Positions 1 through 8,460 of a DNA stretch of 64,000 bases are shown here, one piece after another. Below the pieces are notes generated by a model that did no database searches, was not told the DNA's origin, and saw only the letters and a list, made by a program, of their open reading frames with translations. Origin of the DNA: a virus; the IMG/VR virus record IMGVR_UViG_3300005264_000040, positions 113,769-177,768 of that record. One strand, written 5' to 3'. Positions within the stretch are counted from its first letter, which is position 1; each line of letters starts with the position of its first letter. The position numbers and the translations under genes were made by a program.

Positions 1-574
1 CAAACAATTCTTTTAAGAATTTAGTTAATTCATTTAACGGGATTTCACCATTTCTGTTGAAAAAATCCAAAAGTTCAAGTACTATATAAGTTCCCGCTTC
101 TCGCCTTGTAGTAGTGAGCATAGCTTCATACATCGATGAATTTAAATTAATGACATCTGCACCATTATTTAAAATAGCATAAGGGATTCTAAACATTAAG
201 TTCGGAATCCCTTCTACATTTATCGAGACACTATGGGATATAGCAGTTTTATTATATGCATAACCAGATACTACTCCATCTGCAATAAGTACTTCTTTTC
301 CCGTTTCGTCTTCAAAAGTTACTTGTACCCATGACATTGGTGGAATTCTAGTCATCACCATATAAGGGGGAAATGAAATTTGAATGGTAATATTATTTTC
401 GCCTGCAACTATATTTATATTAGAAAAGTCAAATTCTATGCCTTCTATATAAACATGGAAGCGTTCTACTGGATTGGGAACCATTCTTATATCATATTTA
501 TTGTTTTCCTTTATTATTTTGTTGAATTTATCGAAATCGGTTAATTCGGTGAGTTGGTTGAATTTTTCATCCAT
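1..574 (-). CDS. Partial ORF running off the window edge; probable baseplate hub / tail-associated protein (N-terminal 191 aa)
   Basis: Translated by hand and absent from the ORF track: ATG at 574 with an AAGGGGG RBS, open to base 1 (MDEKFNQ...RFHVYIEGIEFDFSNINIVAGENNITIQISFPP...). The alternating beta-strand N-terminus resembles hub proteins of large myoviruses; function is inferred. Confidence 0.45.
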   Translation of the reverse strand, partial: MDEKFNQLTELTDFDKFNKIIKENNKYDIRMVPNPVERFHVYIEGIEFDFSNINIVAGENNITIQISFPPYMVMTRIPPMSWVQVTFEDETGKEVLIADGVVSGYAYNKTAISHSVSINVEGIPNLMFRIPYAILNNGADVINLNSSMYEAMLTTTRREAGTYIVLELLDFFNRNGEIPLNELTKFLKELF

Positions 575-586
575 TTAAAATCCCCC

Positions 587-1336
587 TTATTCCTCAAGTC
601 CAAAAAATTTTCTATATTTATAAGATGTTTTAGGCCCAAAAATGCCATCTGGCTGAGCTCCTACCATTTGTTGTATATTTTTTATCAAAGTTTTTAACGG
701 AGGATGTACGTTATATAATTTATAAACCTTATAACATTTTTTAGCGTAATCTGGATCAGTTGCATATCTATGTTCTTGTAGTTGCTGATAGAAATATTCT
801 ACTTTTAATTTTCTTCTATAAACAATAGTTGTCCAATCAAAATACCTTGAAATAAACTGTACATAAGTTTCAAAAAAATCTTCAGGATTTCTAAAAACTG
901 CAAAAGTTTCTAAGGACAACACTTTGTTTCTATATTTTGTTGATTTAGTACCACCTTTTATCAATTTGTATTGTTTTAACCTTGATAAATGTCTAGAACC
1001 ATAATACTCAACAACTTCCACTTCAACTTTTTCTGCTTTTTCCATCCAATCACGATACTTTAAATTACCGAAATTATATCCATAAACTCTTCCGTTTATA
1101 ACAGCGCTTTTGACATTAGTGAACCATTCAGTCTCCAAAGCAAACTGTCCTAATATTGCATCATGTACTAGTTTTCTTCTTTTGTTATTAACTTGGTCAA
1201 AAGTTTTTAACCATTCCATTATTATAGGTGACAAAATTCTTTCTGCCGTAAGTTTAGCAAGATATACTTTTTCGCTCAAATTTAAATCTTCGGTAATCAC
1301 TCCCGGTACAAGAAATCCTTCATACAAATTACTCAT
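587..1336 (-). CDS. GH73 (glucosaminidase/FlgJ-like) peptidoglycan hydrolase with C-terminal PG-binding motif; endolysin or virion lysin
   Basis: AILGQFALETEW (catalytic Glu), YNFGNLK, YATDPDY (GH73 YATD motif), and C-terminal IQQMVGAQPDGIFGPKT (PG_binding_1-like). Start moved to ATG 1336 behind an AAAGGAG RBS. Confidence 0.88.
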   Translation of the reverse strand: MSNLYEGFLVPGVITEDLNLSEKVYLAKLTAERILSPIIMEWLKTFDQVNNKRRKLVHDAILGQFALETEWFTNVKSAVINGRVYGYNFGNLKYRDWMEKAEKVEVEVVEYYGSRHLSRLKQYKLIKGGTKSTKYRNKVLSLETFAVFRNPEDFFETYVQFISRYFDWTTIVYRRKLKVEYFYQQLQEHRYATDPDYAKKCYKVYKLYNVHPPLKTLIKNIQQMVGAQPDGIFGPKTSYKYRKFFGLEE

Positions 1337-1883
1337 ATTGTTCAACTCCTTTCTTTTTAAAATATTCATCCAGCTGCACCTTTATATTTTCATATAAAAT
1401 TTGTTTAACTGTTTCCCTCAAAGTTTCGAATAATGGTTGCAATTTTTCATTTTCTTCATCAAATAAAACAATTTCTTTTTCGCTCATTTCTGTTGCTTTT
1501 AACCATACCGTCTCAAAAGCAATTCTATCTATTTTTATTCCTTTTTTTCTTATATCTATTTTATCCATAAGAAAATTAGATATAGAAAAATCATCCATAT
1601 AGTCTTGCGCCTCAATAAAAAGCGGGTCTGTTTTCAGCATTTCAAATTCTTTTTCAAATATTTTTTCTTCCGCCATTCTTTTAATAGCTTCTTCAAAAAA
1701 CTCTTTGTAATTAAACAACTTCAAACCAGCTTTTATTATTTTAGTATCTGATGTATTTTTTATCAAAAAATATACATATAATTCTTCTGACATATTTATA
1801 GGAGTTGTTATATCTACTTCTAAAATCTTTGTTGTATTAACAAATACACTATGATTAAATTCTTTAAAATGTATCCATCCCAT
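1329..1883 (-). CDS. Hypothetical protein (184 aa)
   Basis: ORF overlaps the portal stop and the lysin start, consistent with translational coupling; no recognised motif. Confidence 0.6.
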   Translation of the reverse strand: MGWIHFKEFNHSVFVNTTKILEVDITTPINMSEELYVYFLIKNTSDTKIIKAGLKLFNYKEFFEEAIKRMAEEKIFEKEFEMLKTDPLFIEAQDYMDDFSISNFLMDKIDIRKKGIKIDRIAFETVWLKATEMSEKEIVLFDEENEKLQPLFETLRETVKQILYENIKVQLDEYFKKKGVEQYE

Positions 1884-3804
1884 TGCAACCAGGACTTCTT
1901 GGCGGCCTTACTTCCGGATTAGATTTTATTTGCTGGGGATTCTGAGGCTGTTGCGGTTGTTGTGGTTGTTGTGGTTGTTGCCCCCCACTTGTATATTGCT
2001 GTAATGCGGCAATTACATCATCTGTTAAATAAGGCATAATTTGGTCTAAGAAACCTTGGTTAGATTGATCTAATTGTTGTAATTGGCTCAATATTTGTTG
2101 TAAATGAGCTGGAGGTTGTGGGCCTCCAGCCTGTTCGGGTGGTTGTTGAGGTGGTTGCACTTCTGCTGCATTTGGCAAACCATTAATAAGTAATTCTTTT
2201 ATCTCAAGAGGTGTATAGGTTTTATCTAGTGATATAGAAGGTGTAGCCTCAAATGCTTGAGCATTTGTTTGAGCTTCTTCTACAACCTTCTGTGCTCTAT
2301 ATTGTGATAAAGATTGTGTTTCTGCCATTGTTAATTCTTCCTGTTTTATGTTATTCATTTCTTCTTCGTAATCTAATCCAAAGTTTTCTAACAATGTCTT
2401 TCCAGAAACTAATTTCATCTGATTTAAATTCATCAATGATTGTTTAAACTGAACGTCATCTGCCATTTTAAATGGTGCAAAATCCACTTTTACTCGTGGT
2501 AATTTATGATAATTTGCAATATATTTTACTATTTTTCTTAAAACTTCTTTTATTCTATTTCTGTAGTTTATGTATTGATTTTCTAACATTCTCATTGAAA
2601 CAGAACTTCCACTCCAGGTTAAACCCCCATAAACAAATTCTCTTGGAACTCCCATCCCAGCTATAACTTCTTCAGCTAATTGTTGGATTTCAGGTTGCAA
2701 AAGATACATTTTACCGTCTCCTGCAAGTTTCCCTTGACCTACTGGAATAGGGAAAATTCCTACATAAGAAGGGTCTAATTCATATCTTTTTAATTGCATC
2801 CTAATTTTGCTTTCTAATTTTTGAAGATTCATATTATTCATATAAGGTGAAGTTGGATCCACGTTTTGTGGAAATAAATAATTCCTTGGAATTACCTGAT
2901 TAAAAGCAATGTATTCATTAGCTCTTCTTAACATTTGCATATAAAACAAAGTTTTCATTACAGGAGTTATTGCTGGTAATCCCCACCCATTCATATAGTC
3001 AGAAGCTGTTCTAGTCTCTTTTATATGAATGATTTCGTTAAATTCTACTGCAGGATACCCTTTTAATACTGCGTCTATAAAAGGTTTTGGTGTTGTATAA
3101 AGGTACCAGGGTTTTGTTAAAATATTATGTCTTAAAGAATTTTTTATAAAATACAAATATCGATAAGAATCTGAAGTTTCATTATGTTCTATCATCATAT
3201 TATTAGGTTGCCATGAAATTATCCTTAATTTCCCATCTCTTTTTATTTCATCTTTTGATTTCAATGGTTGCATTTTACCGCATTTGTCACAATATCCGTA
3301 TATTTTGTGATTTCTAATATACCAATTGGGTTTTGATTTATCTGAACCTGTATTATAAATTGTCTCATTTGTAGAATTAGTATTATCTTTTTTTAATGTA
3401 ATTTCATGGTCACATACACTACATTTATATGTTCTTGTAAATGGAGGTAATACAGTTAAAAATACATTTCCATACACTTTTAAATCAATCCCGATTTTTA
3501 TTAAAGTGTGTTTTATATTCATCTGTTCAAATATATCTTCATATGCTTCTTTTATCTTTTCATCAGTAGTATCAAGTTCTATTGTAGTAATAGGATATTC
3601 TGCTGATTTTGATATTATAGCATGTACTAACGGATTTGTTTCGTAAAAATATTCTGACCATGAAAACAATTCTTTTATATTTTTAGGAAAAAACAAACTT
3701 GAAACATCAAAGAAAGGAGAAATAGGTGCATACCAAAATAAACTAGCAGCAGTTCCTGTTTTCCTTGTTTCCTTTCTCATTTCTGGATTATTAGTTATAC
3801 CCAT
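1864..3804 (-). CDS. Portal protein with Zn-ribbon insertion and Q/P-rich C-terminal tail
   Basis: 646 aa. The FYETNPLVHAIISKSAEYPIT...IGIDLKVYGNVF N-terminus, GWGLPAI, and GMGVPREFVYGG...GSSVSMRMLEN segments match large-myovirus portals as I recall them. CxxC pairs CSVC and CDKC; PQQ repeats at the C-terminus. Confidence 0.72.
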   Translation of the reverse strand: MGITNNPEMRKETRKTGTAASLFWYAPISPFFDVSSLFFPKNIKELFSWSEYFYETNPLVHAIISKSAEYPITTIELDTTDEKIKEAYEDIFEQMNIKHTLIKIGIDLKVYGNVFLTVLPPFTRTYKCSVCDHEITLKKDNTNSTNETIYNTGSDKSKPNWYIRNHKIYGYCDKCGKMQPLKSKDEIKRDGKLRIISWQPNNMMIEHNETSDSYRYLYFIKNSLRHNILTKPWYLYTTPKPFIDAVLKGYPAVEFNEIIHIKETRTASDYMNGWGLPAITPVMKTLFYMQMLRRANEYIAFNQVIPRNYLFPQNVDPTSPYMNNMNLQKLESKIRMQLKRYELDPSYVGIFPIPVGQGKLAGDGKMYLLQPEIQQLAEEVIAGMGVPREFVYGGLTWSGSSVSMRMLENQYINYRNRIKEVLRKIVKYIANYHKLPRVKVDFAPFKMADDVQFKQSLMNLNQMKLVSGKTLLENFGLDYEEEMNNIKQEELTMAETQSLSQYRAQKVVEEAQTNAQAFEATPSISLDKTYTPLEIKELLINGLPNAAEVQPPQQPPEQAGGPQPPAHLQQILSQLQQLDQSNQGFLDQIMPYLTDDVIAALQQYTSGGQQPQQPQQPQQPQNPQQIKSNPEVRPPRSPGCNGMDTF

Positions 3805-3817
3805 ATTTACACCCCTT

Positions 3818-4504
3818 TTAAATGAAATCAGGTAATTCTTCAGCTTTTACAAAATGTTTGGTAGCCATATTAACATTTAATATTTTTTGTATTTGAACAT
3901 TTAAAACTGCATCTTCTTTTCCTAAAATAGAAGGTAAATCTTTTTTATCTAAAGTTGGTATAATTCGTTCCAATGCTTTAAAACGTTTCTTATTTTGATT
4001 GTCTAAGTTTTTATACAGTTTTTCTTTTGCGAATTCCAGATATGTTGGAGGATATAAAAAACCTCTTTCTAATAAAACACCTACTACAAAATCTATTACT
4101 TTTTCTTTTTTTACTTTATTATGAATAGTAGGAAATTCTTTCTTAAAAATACTTTCTGCACAAGTAAGTTCTAAAACTTGAGGTGGTATTATAACACCTT
4201 CCTCTGGACCTATGCCATCTATAATCACACTTACAACTTTATAATAAGCATACCAATTACCTAATATTAATTCCGGTTTTTTCAAAAAAGTTCTATAAGC
4301 GTTTATTTTTTCAAAATTTGAAGGATGTACTTTACTAGGCAATTTTGATGCAAGTATTTTTATTACTCCTATATCATCTTCTTTTGACCAAGTATATTTT
4401 GTATTTATATGAGTTCTAATTGCCTGTTGAATACTATTTATTACAACTGCAGGATGATATGTATTTACATCCGTTAATTTATCCAACTCAACTATTTTGC
4501 TCAT
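3818..4504 (-). CDS. Conserved portal-adjacent hypothetical (probable head/neck) protein
   Basis: 228 aa with an AGGGGTG RBS, co-transcribed with the portal; role inferred from position. Confidence 0.55.
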   Translation of the reverse strand: MSKIVELDKLTDVNTYHPAVVINSIQQAIRTHINTKYTWSKEDDIGVIKILASKLPSKVHPSNFEKINAYRTFLKKPELILGNWYAYYKVVSVIIDGIGPEEGVIIPPQVLELTCAESIFKKEFPTIHNKVKKEKVIDFVVGVLLERGFLYPPTYLEFAKEKLYKNLDNQNKKRFKALERIIPTLDKKDLPSILGKEDAVLNVQIQKILNVNMATKHFVKAEELPDFI

Positions 4505-5375
4505 TGTTTTTCATCTCCTCGTACAATTCACTTATATCTTTCTTCGTATGTTCAAACCATTGCAATTCATCTATATCTTTCGTGTCATTTATATTATAAC
4601 CCATTAACTCCACCGAAACGTTTAAATTTCCGTTAAATTTAAGTAACGGAGTATTATTAATATATAATGTTCCTAGTAAATCTTTGGCCATCATTTCTTT
4701 GATTAATTCCTTATCATAACCAATCAAAACAATTGGATCATCTTTTTCTACCTTATATTGTACATCGTTAAGTTCAAATGAATAGATTGTATCTTCGTCT
4801 ATGTCTTTTGCGTATATTCGCATTATGTCTAGGACCTTGTTGTATTGCAATAATTCTTTTGGATATACAAAACTCCACAATATAGCTTTTTTTGCAAGTG
4901 TGCTTTTTACTGTACCTTTTACAAATATACTTGCAAATCTGCTTCTTATTTTTGCTTCTATCGGCATTATGTGTAGAGAATATTGTAATACTCTTCTTAA
5001 ATATACACTGATGCTTCTTTTAATTATCCTGCATTCATGTATATCGAATGGTATTTCGTTGCTTATTTTTATTTGTTTCATTATAACTAATGCGATATAT
5101 TTGGATGTCTTGTAGTATTGTACAAAATCTAAATCAATCGGTATATCTTCTTCTAGTTTTGTATATTGCATAAAAATATTCATAGGTCGTGAAATGAAAA
5201 TATTTTGTTTTAAATAACCATTGTAAAAGAGCCAATCTTCACTATGATCTTTTGACATGTTTTCTATTTGTTTTTGGGTCTTTAAATTAATATGTTGAAT
5301 ATGGCAAAGCATTTCTTTCTTTTTGCATTGTTTTTGAATATTTATTCCATTGTAAATTAGAACTATATAATACAA
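4488..5375 (-). CDS. C-terminal part of a giant-fibre family member (repeat shaft plus IND-x-x-D-x-x-E anchor motif); probably the frameshifted continuation of 5287..7950
   Basis: No clear RBS; overlaps the upstream ORF by 89 nt in the +1 frame; continues the xQY repeats and ends with LNVSVELMGYNINDTKDIDEL. Confidence 0.55.
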   Translation of the reverse strand: MYYIVLIYNGINIQKQCKKKEMLCHIQHINLKTQKQIENMSKDHSEDWLFYNGYLKQNIFISRPMNIFMQYTKLEEDIPIDLDFVQYYKTSKYIALVIMKQIKISNEIPFDIHECRIIKRSISVYLRRVLQYSLHIMPIEAKIRSRFASIFVKGTVKSTLAKKAILWSFVYPKELLQYNKVLDIMRIYAKDIDEDTIYSFELNDVQYKVEKDDPIVLIGYDKELIKEMMAKDLLGTLYINNTPLLKFNGNLNVSVELMGYNINDTKDIDELQWFEHTKKDISELYEEMKNNEQNS

Positions 5376-7950
5376 GTTGTTGTATCCAATATTGCCACAT
5401 TTCTATGTAAATTCTTCTAATATGACTACTCCATTGCGAAACTTTAATATCAAACCACTTTTGAATTCTCCAAAATTGTAATACATCTATTTCTATTTCT
5501 TTGGCGTAAATCGAATACTGCAGCATATTAACATAAAACAATAAATTGTACTTGCTTTCTTGTTGGACTTTTGTATCTATATAATATTTTAATTTTGTAT
5601 ATTGTAATGCGTATATATCTAAATCATAAGGTAAATTTGTATGTTGCAACATATATCCATATACCCGATATTGAATAAATTGATGTTGTATCAATAATAA
5701 TTCTATAGGGTTTTGTAAAATTGTATGTTGTAGCATTTCAATATTCATTTCTTCTTTATATTTTGAATAAACAATGGCGGTTCCTGGTGTCAGAATTTCT
5801 ACTGTACTGCTTTGTAATACCATTGCATCAATCGTTATTTTTTTATGAGAACTCTGTAAAAGGTCTGATTTTACATCTGCTAAGTGCATTCCTATCTGCA
5901 ATACGATATTTGCTACATTTAATTCTAATATTGTATATTGACTGATATTTATATCTAATTCTTCTTCTTTTTTTCTTTGGATTTTATTATATGCTTCTAT
6001 TTGCTTTGATAACTCTGTTTCGTCCATTACAGAATTTTCTATAATCCTCTTTATAGTAATACCTCTATGGTACATTAATGATTTGAATTCTAAAAATAAT
6101 TTAGTAACTGCTAAAATTTCCGTTTCAAATATTGCCTTAGTTAATGAAAATTGAAGTGTTTTGTTATCTAAACTCTCGTACAAATTTGAATATTGTAGTA
6201 TTTCTTCTGTTATTATTGCTTTTTCTTCTACACTATGTTGGAAAACATAACATCCTATTTCAATTTTATTCTTAGCGTACTGAAGAATTTCATTTTTTAT
6301 ATCCTCAAAAAACACACTATATTGTAGGTTATTCGTATTTAAAACTTTGTTTATAAAAGTATGTTGATACATTTCAGCGTATATTCTTCTTTTATCTTTT
6401 TTCCATAATATTAATCTCACTATACCAAAAATTCTAAATAAAATTTTATACTGATATTCTTGCGCTATTACTTTAGCCTGCTTCTTACTTGTTTGTAAAA
6501 TTGAATTATCTAATAGAAGGAACAAAACATTACGTTGCAAATTATAAGTTTCAATATTTTGCGATAAAATATGATATTGTGAATTAGAACAAAAAATGCT
6601 TGTATTCCAATTTATATTTGCTATTTTATTTTGAGCATTAATAAATTGTCTAATATTATCTACTTCTAAAACATGAGCACTAATATCTTTTTTTTCGCGT
6701 AATTTGCTTATATATATTCTAGAAAACAGTTGATTATATATTTCATTATAGCTTTTGATTTCAGAATATAATTCAAATTCAAATGAATAAGTTTGTGCAT
6801 TATATATTTCAATTTCTAAAGTTTTTAAAGAATTTGACAAATTTATAGTATATAGCCATCTAACTAAACCTCTCCCATTATAGGAATGAGCAGTTATTTC
6901 TTTTTGCTCTTTATTTTTAAACTGTAATTTTAATGTTATCGGAGAGATTTTTTTTCTAACATGCAAAGTTTTGTTTTCTATATCTTTTTCTTGAGTTGAG
7001 AAATACGTTATTAAACTTTTTAAAGCAAAATTTATTCTATAATAGTATTCTATAAAAGTTCCAATATATTTATTTATTTCAGTTTCGCTTGTTACATGTG
7101 CAGTTATCTCATTTTGTTTATAAAAATATTGAAAAATACTTCCCCTTATATTTTGAAAGGAGTTTTGTATTAAGGTATTATATATATAAATGTTTCGTGC
7201 TTTCGTATTTATTAATAAGGAGTAATTTTGTATTTTGTTTTCTTTATAAAGTTCATGTTTTGTATATAAATTTAAAAATAATTGCAAGTTAGAATCCGAA
7301 ATCAAAGTTGTTTGTAAAAATCTGCATTTTCTTAATTTGGTATATTCAAAACTTTCAATAGTATTAATATCTAAAGCAATATTACTATTTTTCGAATACA
7401 AGGTATTAAAAATTGTGGATATTAATTGCAAATGCAAAGGCATAACTTTCACTTTTGGAAAATCATGTCTTTTCATTTTTATATCTAAACCTTTTCTTCT
7501 ACTGGAAATAATACTATTATAACTTTTAACAAATCTTCCCCATTTCACTCCTGTAATATTTAAATCAGAAGTTATTTCTATATTTTCTTTCGACCTCAAA
7601 GCATATATACTATCAAAATGTTTTGAAATTAAAATAGTTTGTTGTTCGAACGGCCTTATATAAGAAATAATAGGTAATCCTACTACTCTAAATACATGAT
7701 GAAAAAATTGATATTTCCTGTACCATTTTAAAATATCTTCACAGTAGGGAGTATTACCATAATAGTAATAATAAAACACAAAATGAAAATAAAACACAAC
7801 CCATGTATGATCATATCCTCTATATGGGTTTATTGTGATGCACTTTTTACAGTGCTTTTTCTTTTTCTTATCTACACATTTATTGTAATCCTCTATCGTC
7901 TCACAAATAATAACATCCGTATTCGTACCAGGACAACAACTTTTAGGCAT
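5287..7950 (-). CDS. Fibre-like virion protein with Cys-rich N-terminus and 14-residue [LM]Q-[YHW] repeat shaft
   Basis: 887 aa with a GGAGGG RBS and upstream TTAGCA-N16-TGTTATAAT promoter. Gln recurs every 14 residues across at least 9 repeats near the C-terminus. Confidence 0.6.
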   Translation of the reverse strand: MPKSCCPGTNTDVIICETIEDYNKCVDKKKKKHCKKCITINPYRGYDHTWVVFYFHFVFYYYYYGNTPYCEDILKWYRKYQFFHHVFRVVGLPIISYIRPFEQQTILISKHFDSIYALRSKENIEITSDLNITGVKWGRFVKSYNSIISSRRKGLDIKMKRHDFPKVKVMPLHLQLISTIFNTLYSKNSNIALDINTIESFEYTKLRKCRFLQTTLISDSNLQLFLNLYTKHELYKENKIQNYSLLINTKARNIYIYNTLIQNSFQNIRGSIFQYFYKQNEITAHVTSETEINKYIGTFIEYYYRINFALKSLITYFSTQEKDIENKTLHVRKKISPITLKLQFKNKEQKEITAHSYNGRGLVRWLYTINLSNSLKTLEIEIYNAQTYSFEFELYSEIKSYNEIYNQLFSRIYISKLREKKDISAHVLEVDNIRQFINAQNKIANINWNTSIFCSNSQYHILSQNIETYNLQRNVLFLLLDNSILQTSKKQAKVIAQEYQYKILFRIFGIVRLILWKKDKRRIYAEMYQHTFINKVLNTNNLQYSVFFEDIKNEILQYAKNKIEIGCYVFQHSVEEKAIITEEILQYSNLYESLDNKTLQFSLTKAIFETEILAVTKLFLEFKSLMYHRGITIKRIIENSVMDETELSKQIEAYNKIQRKKEEELDINISQYTILELNVANIVLQIGMHLADVKSDLLQSSHKKITIDAMVLQSSTVEILTPGTAIVYSKYKEEMNIEMLQHTILQNPIELLLIQHQFIQYRVYGYMLQHTNLPYDLDIYALQYTKLKYYIDTKVQQESKYNLLFYVNMLQYSIYAKEIEIDVLQFWRIQKWFDIKVSQWSSHIRRIYIEMWQYWIQQLVLYSSNLQWNKYSKTMQKERNALPYSTY

Positions 7951-7980
7951 ATTTGTTCCCTCCAGTTTAATTCTGCCTTA

Positions 7981-8011
7981 ATTATAACATAGTGTTTCTC
8001 TTAAATGCTAA
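7981..8011 (-). promoter_or_regulatory. TTAGCA-N16-TGTTATAAT promoter for the fibre/portal/lysin operon
   Basis: Reverse complements of attataaca (7981-7989) and tgctaa (8006-8011). Confidence 0.75.
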
Positions 8012-8073
8012 GATTATTTTGTCGAACTATTCGTTTTTGAAATTATAACTGATTAAAATAATCACGTAACTTA

Positions 8074-8342
8074 AGCATAATATGGCATACATATTTTAAG
8101 TGTGGTATCTCTGAAATGCACTATTTATAAGGTTTTGCTGCAATGTGCTTTCTCCGTTTTCTGGAATTTTTGGCTGAATTTCTAAAATCGTCCCATTTCG
8201 GAGTGCATTTCAGCACCCAAAAAGTACCTCAAACTCACTATTCATAGGGGTGCGTTTGACGTTCAACGGTCCTATTATATATATATAATAGAGTCGTTGC
8301 CCGTCATTTGCACCCCTTTGAATATGTACGCCATATTATGCT
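8074..8342. repeat. Nested inverted repeats: 22-bp IR (8074-8095/8321-8342, 1 mismatch) enclosing a 12-bp perfect IR (8111-8122/8202-8213) and the 81-bp palindromic element
   Basis: agcataatatggcatacatatt vs aatatgtacgccatattatgct; ctgaaatgcact vs agtgcatttcag. Confidence 0.85.
8244..8324. repeat. 81-bp pseudo-palindromic element, copy 1 (exact reverse complement of 42172-42252)
   Basis: Central perfect 20-bp palindrome CTATTATATATATATAATAG (8272-8291). The 30-nt arms flanking the (TA)6 core match at 22 of 30 positions. Confidence 0.95.
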
Positions 8343-8425
8343 GACATTACAAAGATATTACGAACGTAAGGGTTTTCTAAGGTATGAAAAAGAGGAGAAA
8401 TACCTTAATTTTCTGAAAAAAATTA

Positions 8426-8434
8426 TGGTATAAT
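8426..8434 (+). promoter_or_regulatory. Extended -10 promoter TGGTATAAT upstream of the baseplate/tail-fibre operon
   Basis: Perfect TGnTATAAT followed by an AAAGGAGGG RBS and ATG 8461; no TTAGCA box at the usual spacing. Confidence 0.65.
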
Positions 8435-8460
8435 AATATCGAGAAAAGGAGGGTATAAGT

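Noticed and set aside
1940-2170. 9-bp tandem repeats in the portal 3' end, and CCAGAA-type repeats at about 46100-46165
   Set aside because: Explained by Gln/Pro low-complexity protein linkers.
3280-3430. Intein or intron in the portal
   Set aside because: There is no C/S...HN splice junction or LAGLIDADG/HNH motif; the insert is a short CxxC...CxxC segment.
5277-5286. TTTAAAG -1 slippery heptamer at the 887/295-aa junction
   Set aside because: It lies after the upstream stop codon and is in register with the downstream frame, so it cannot join the two ORFs; a +1 shift is needed.
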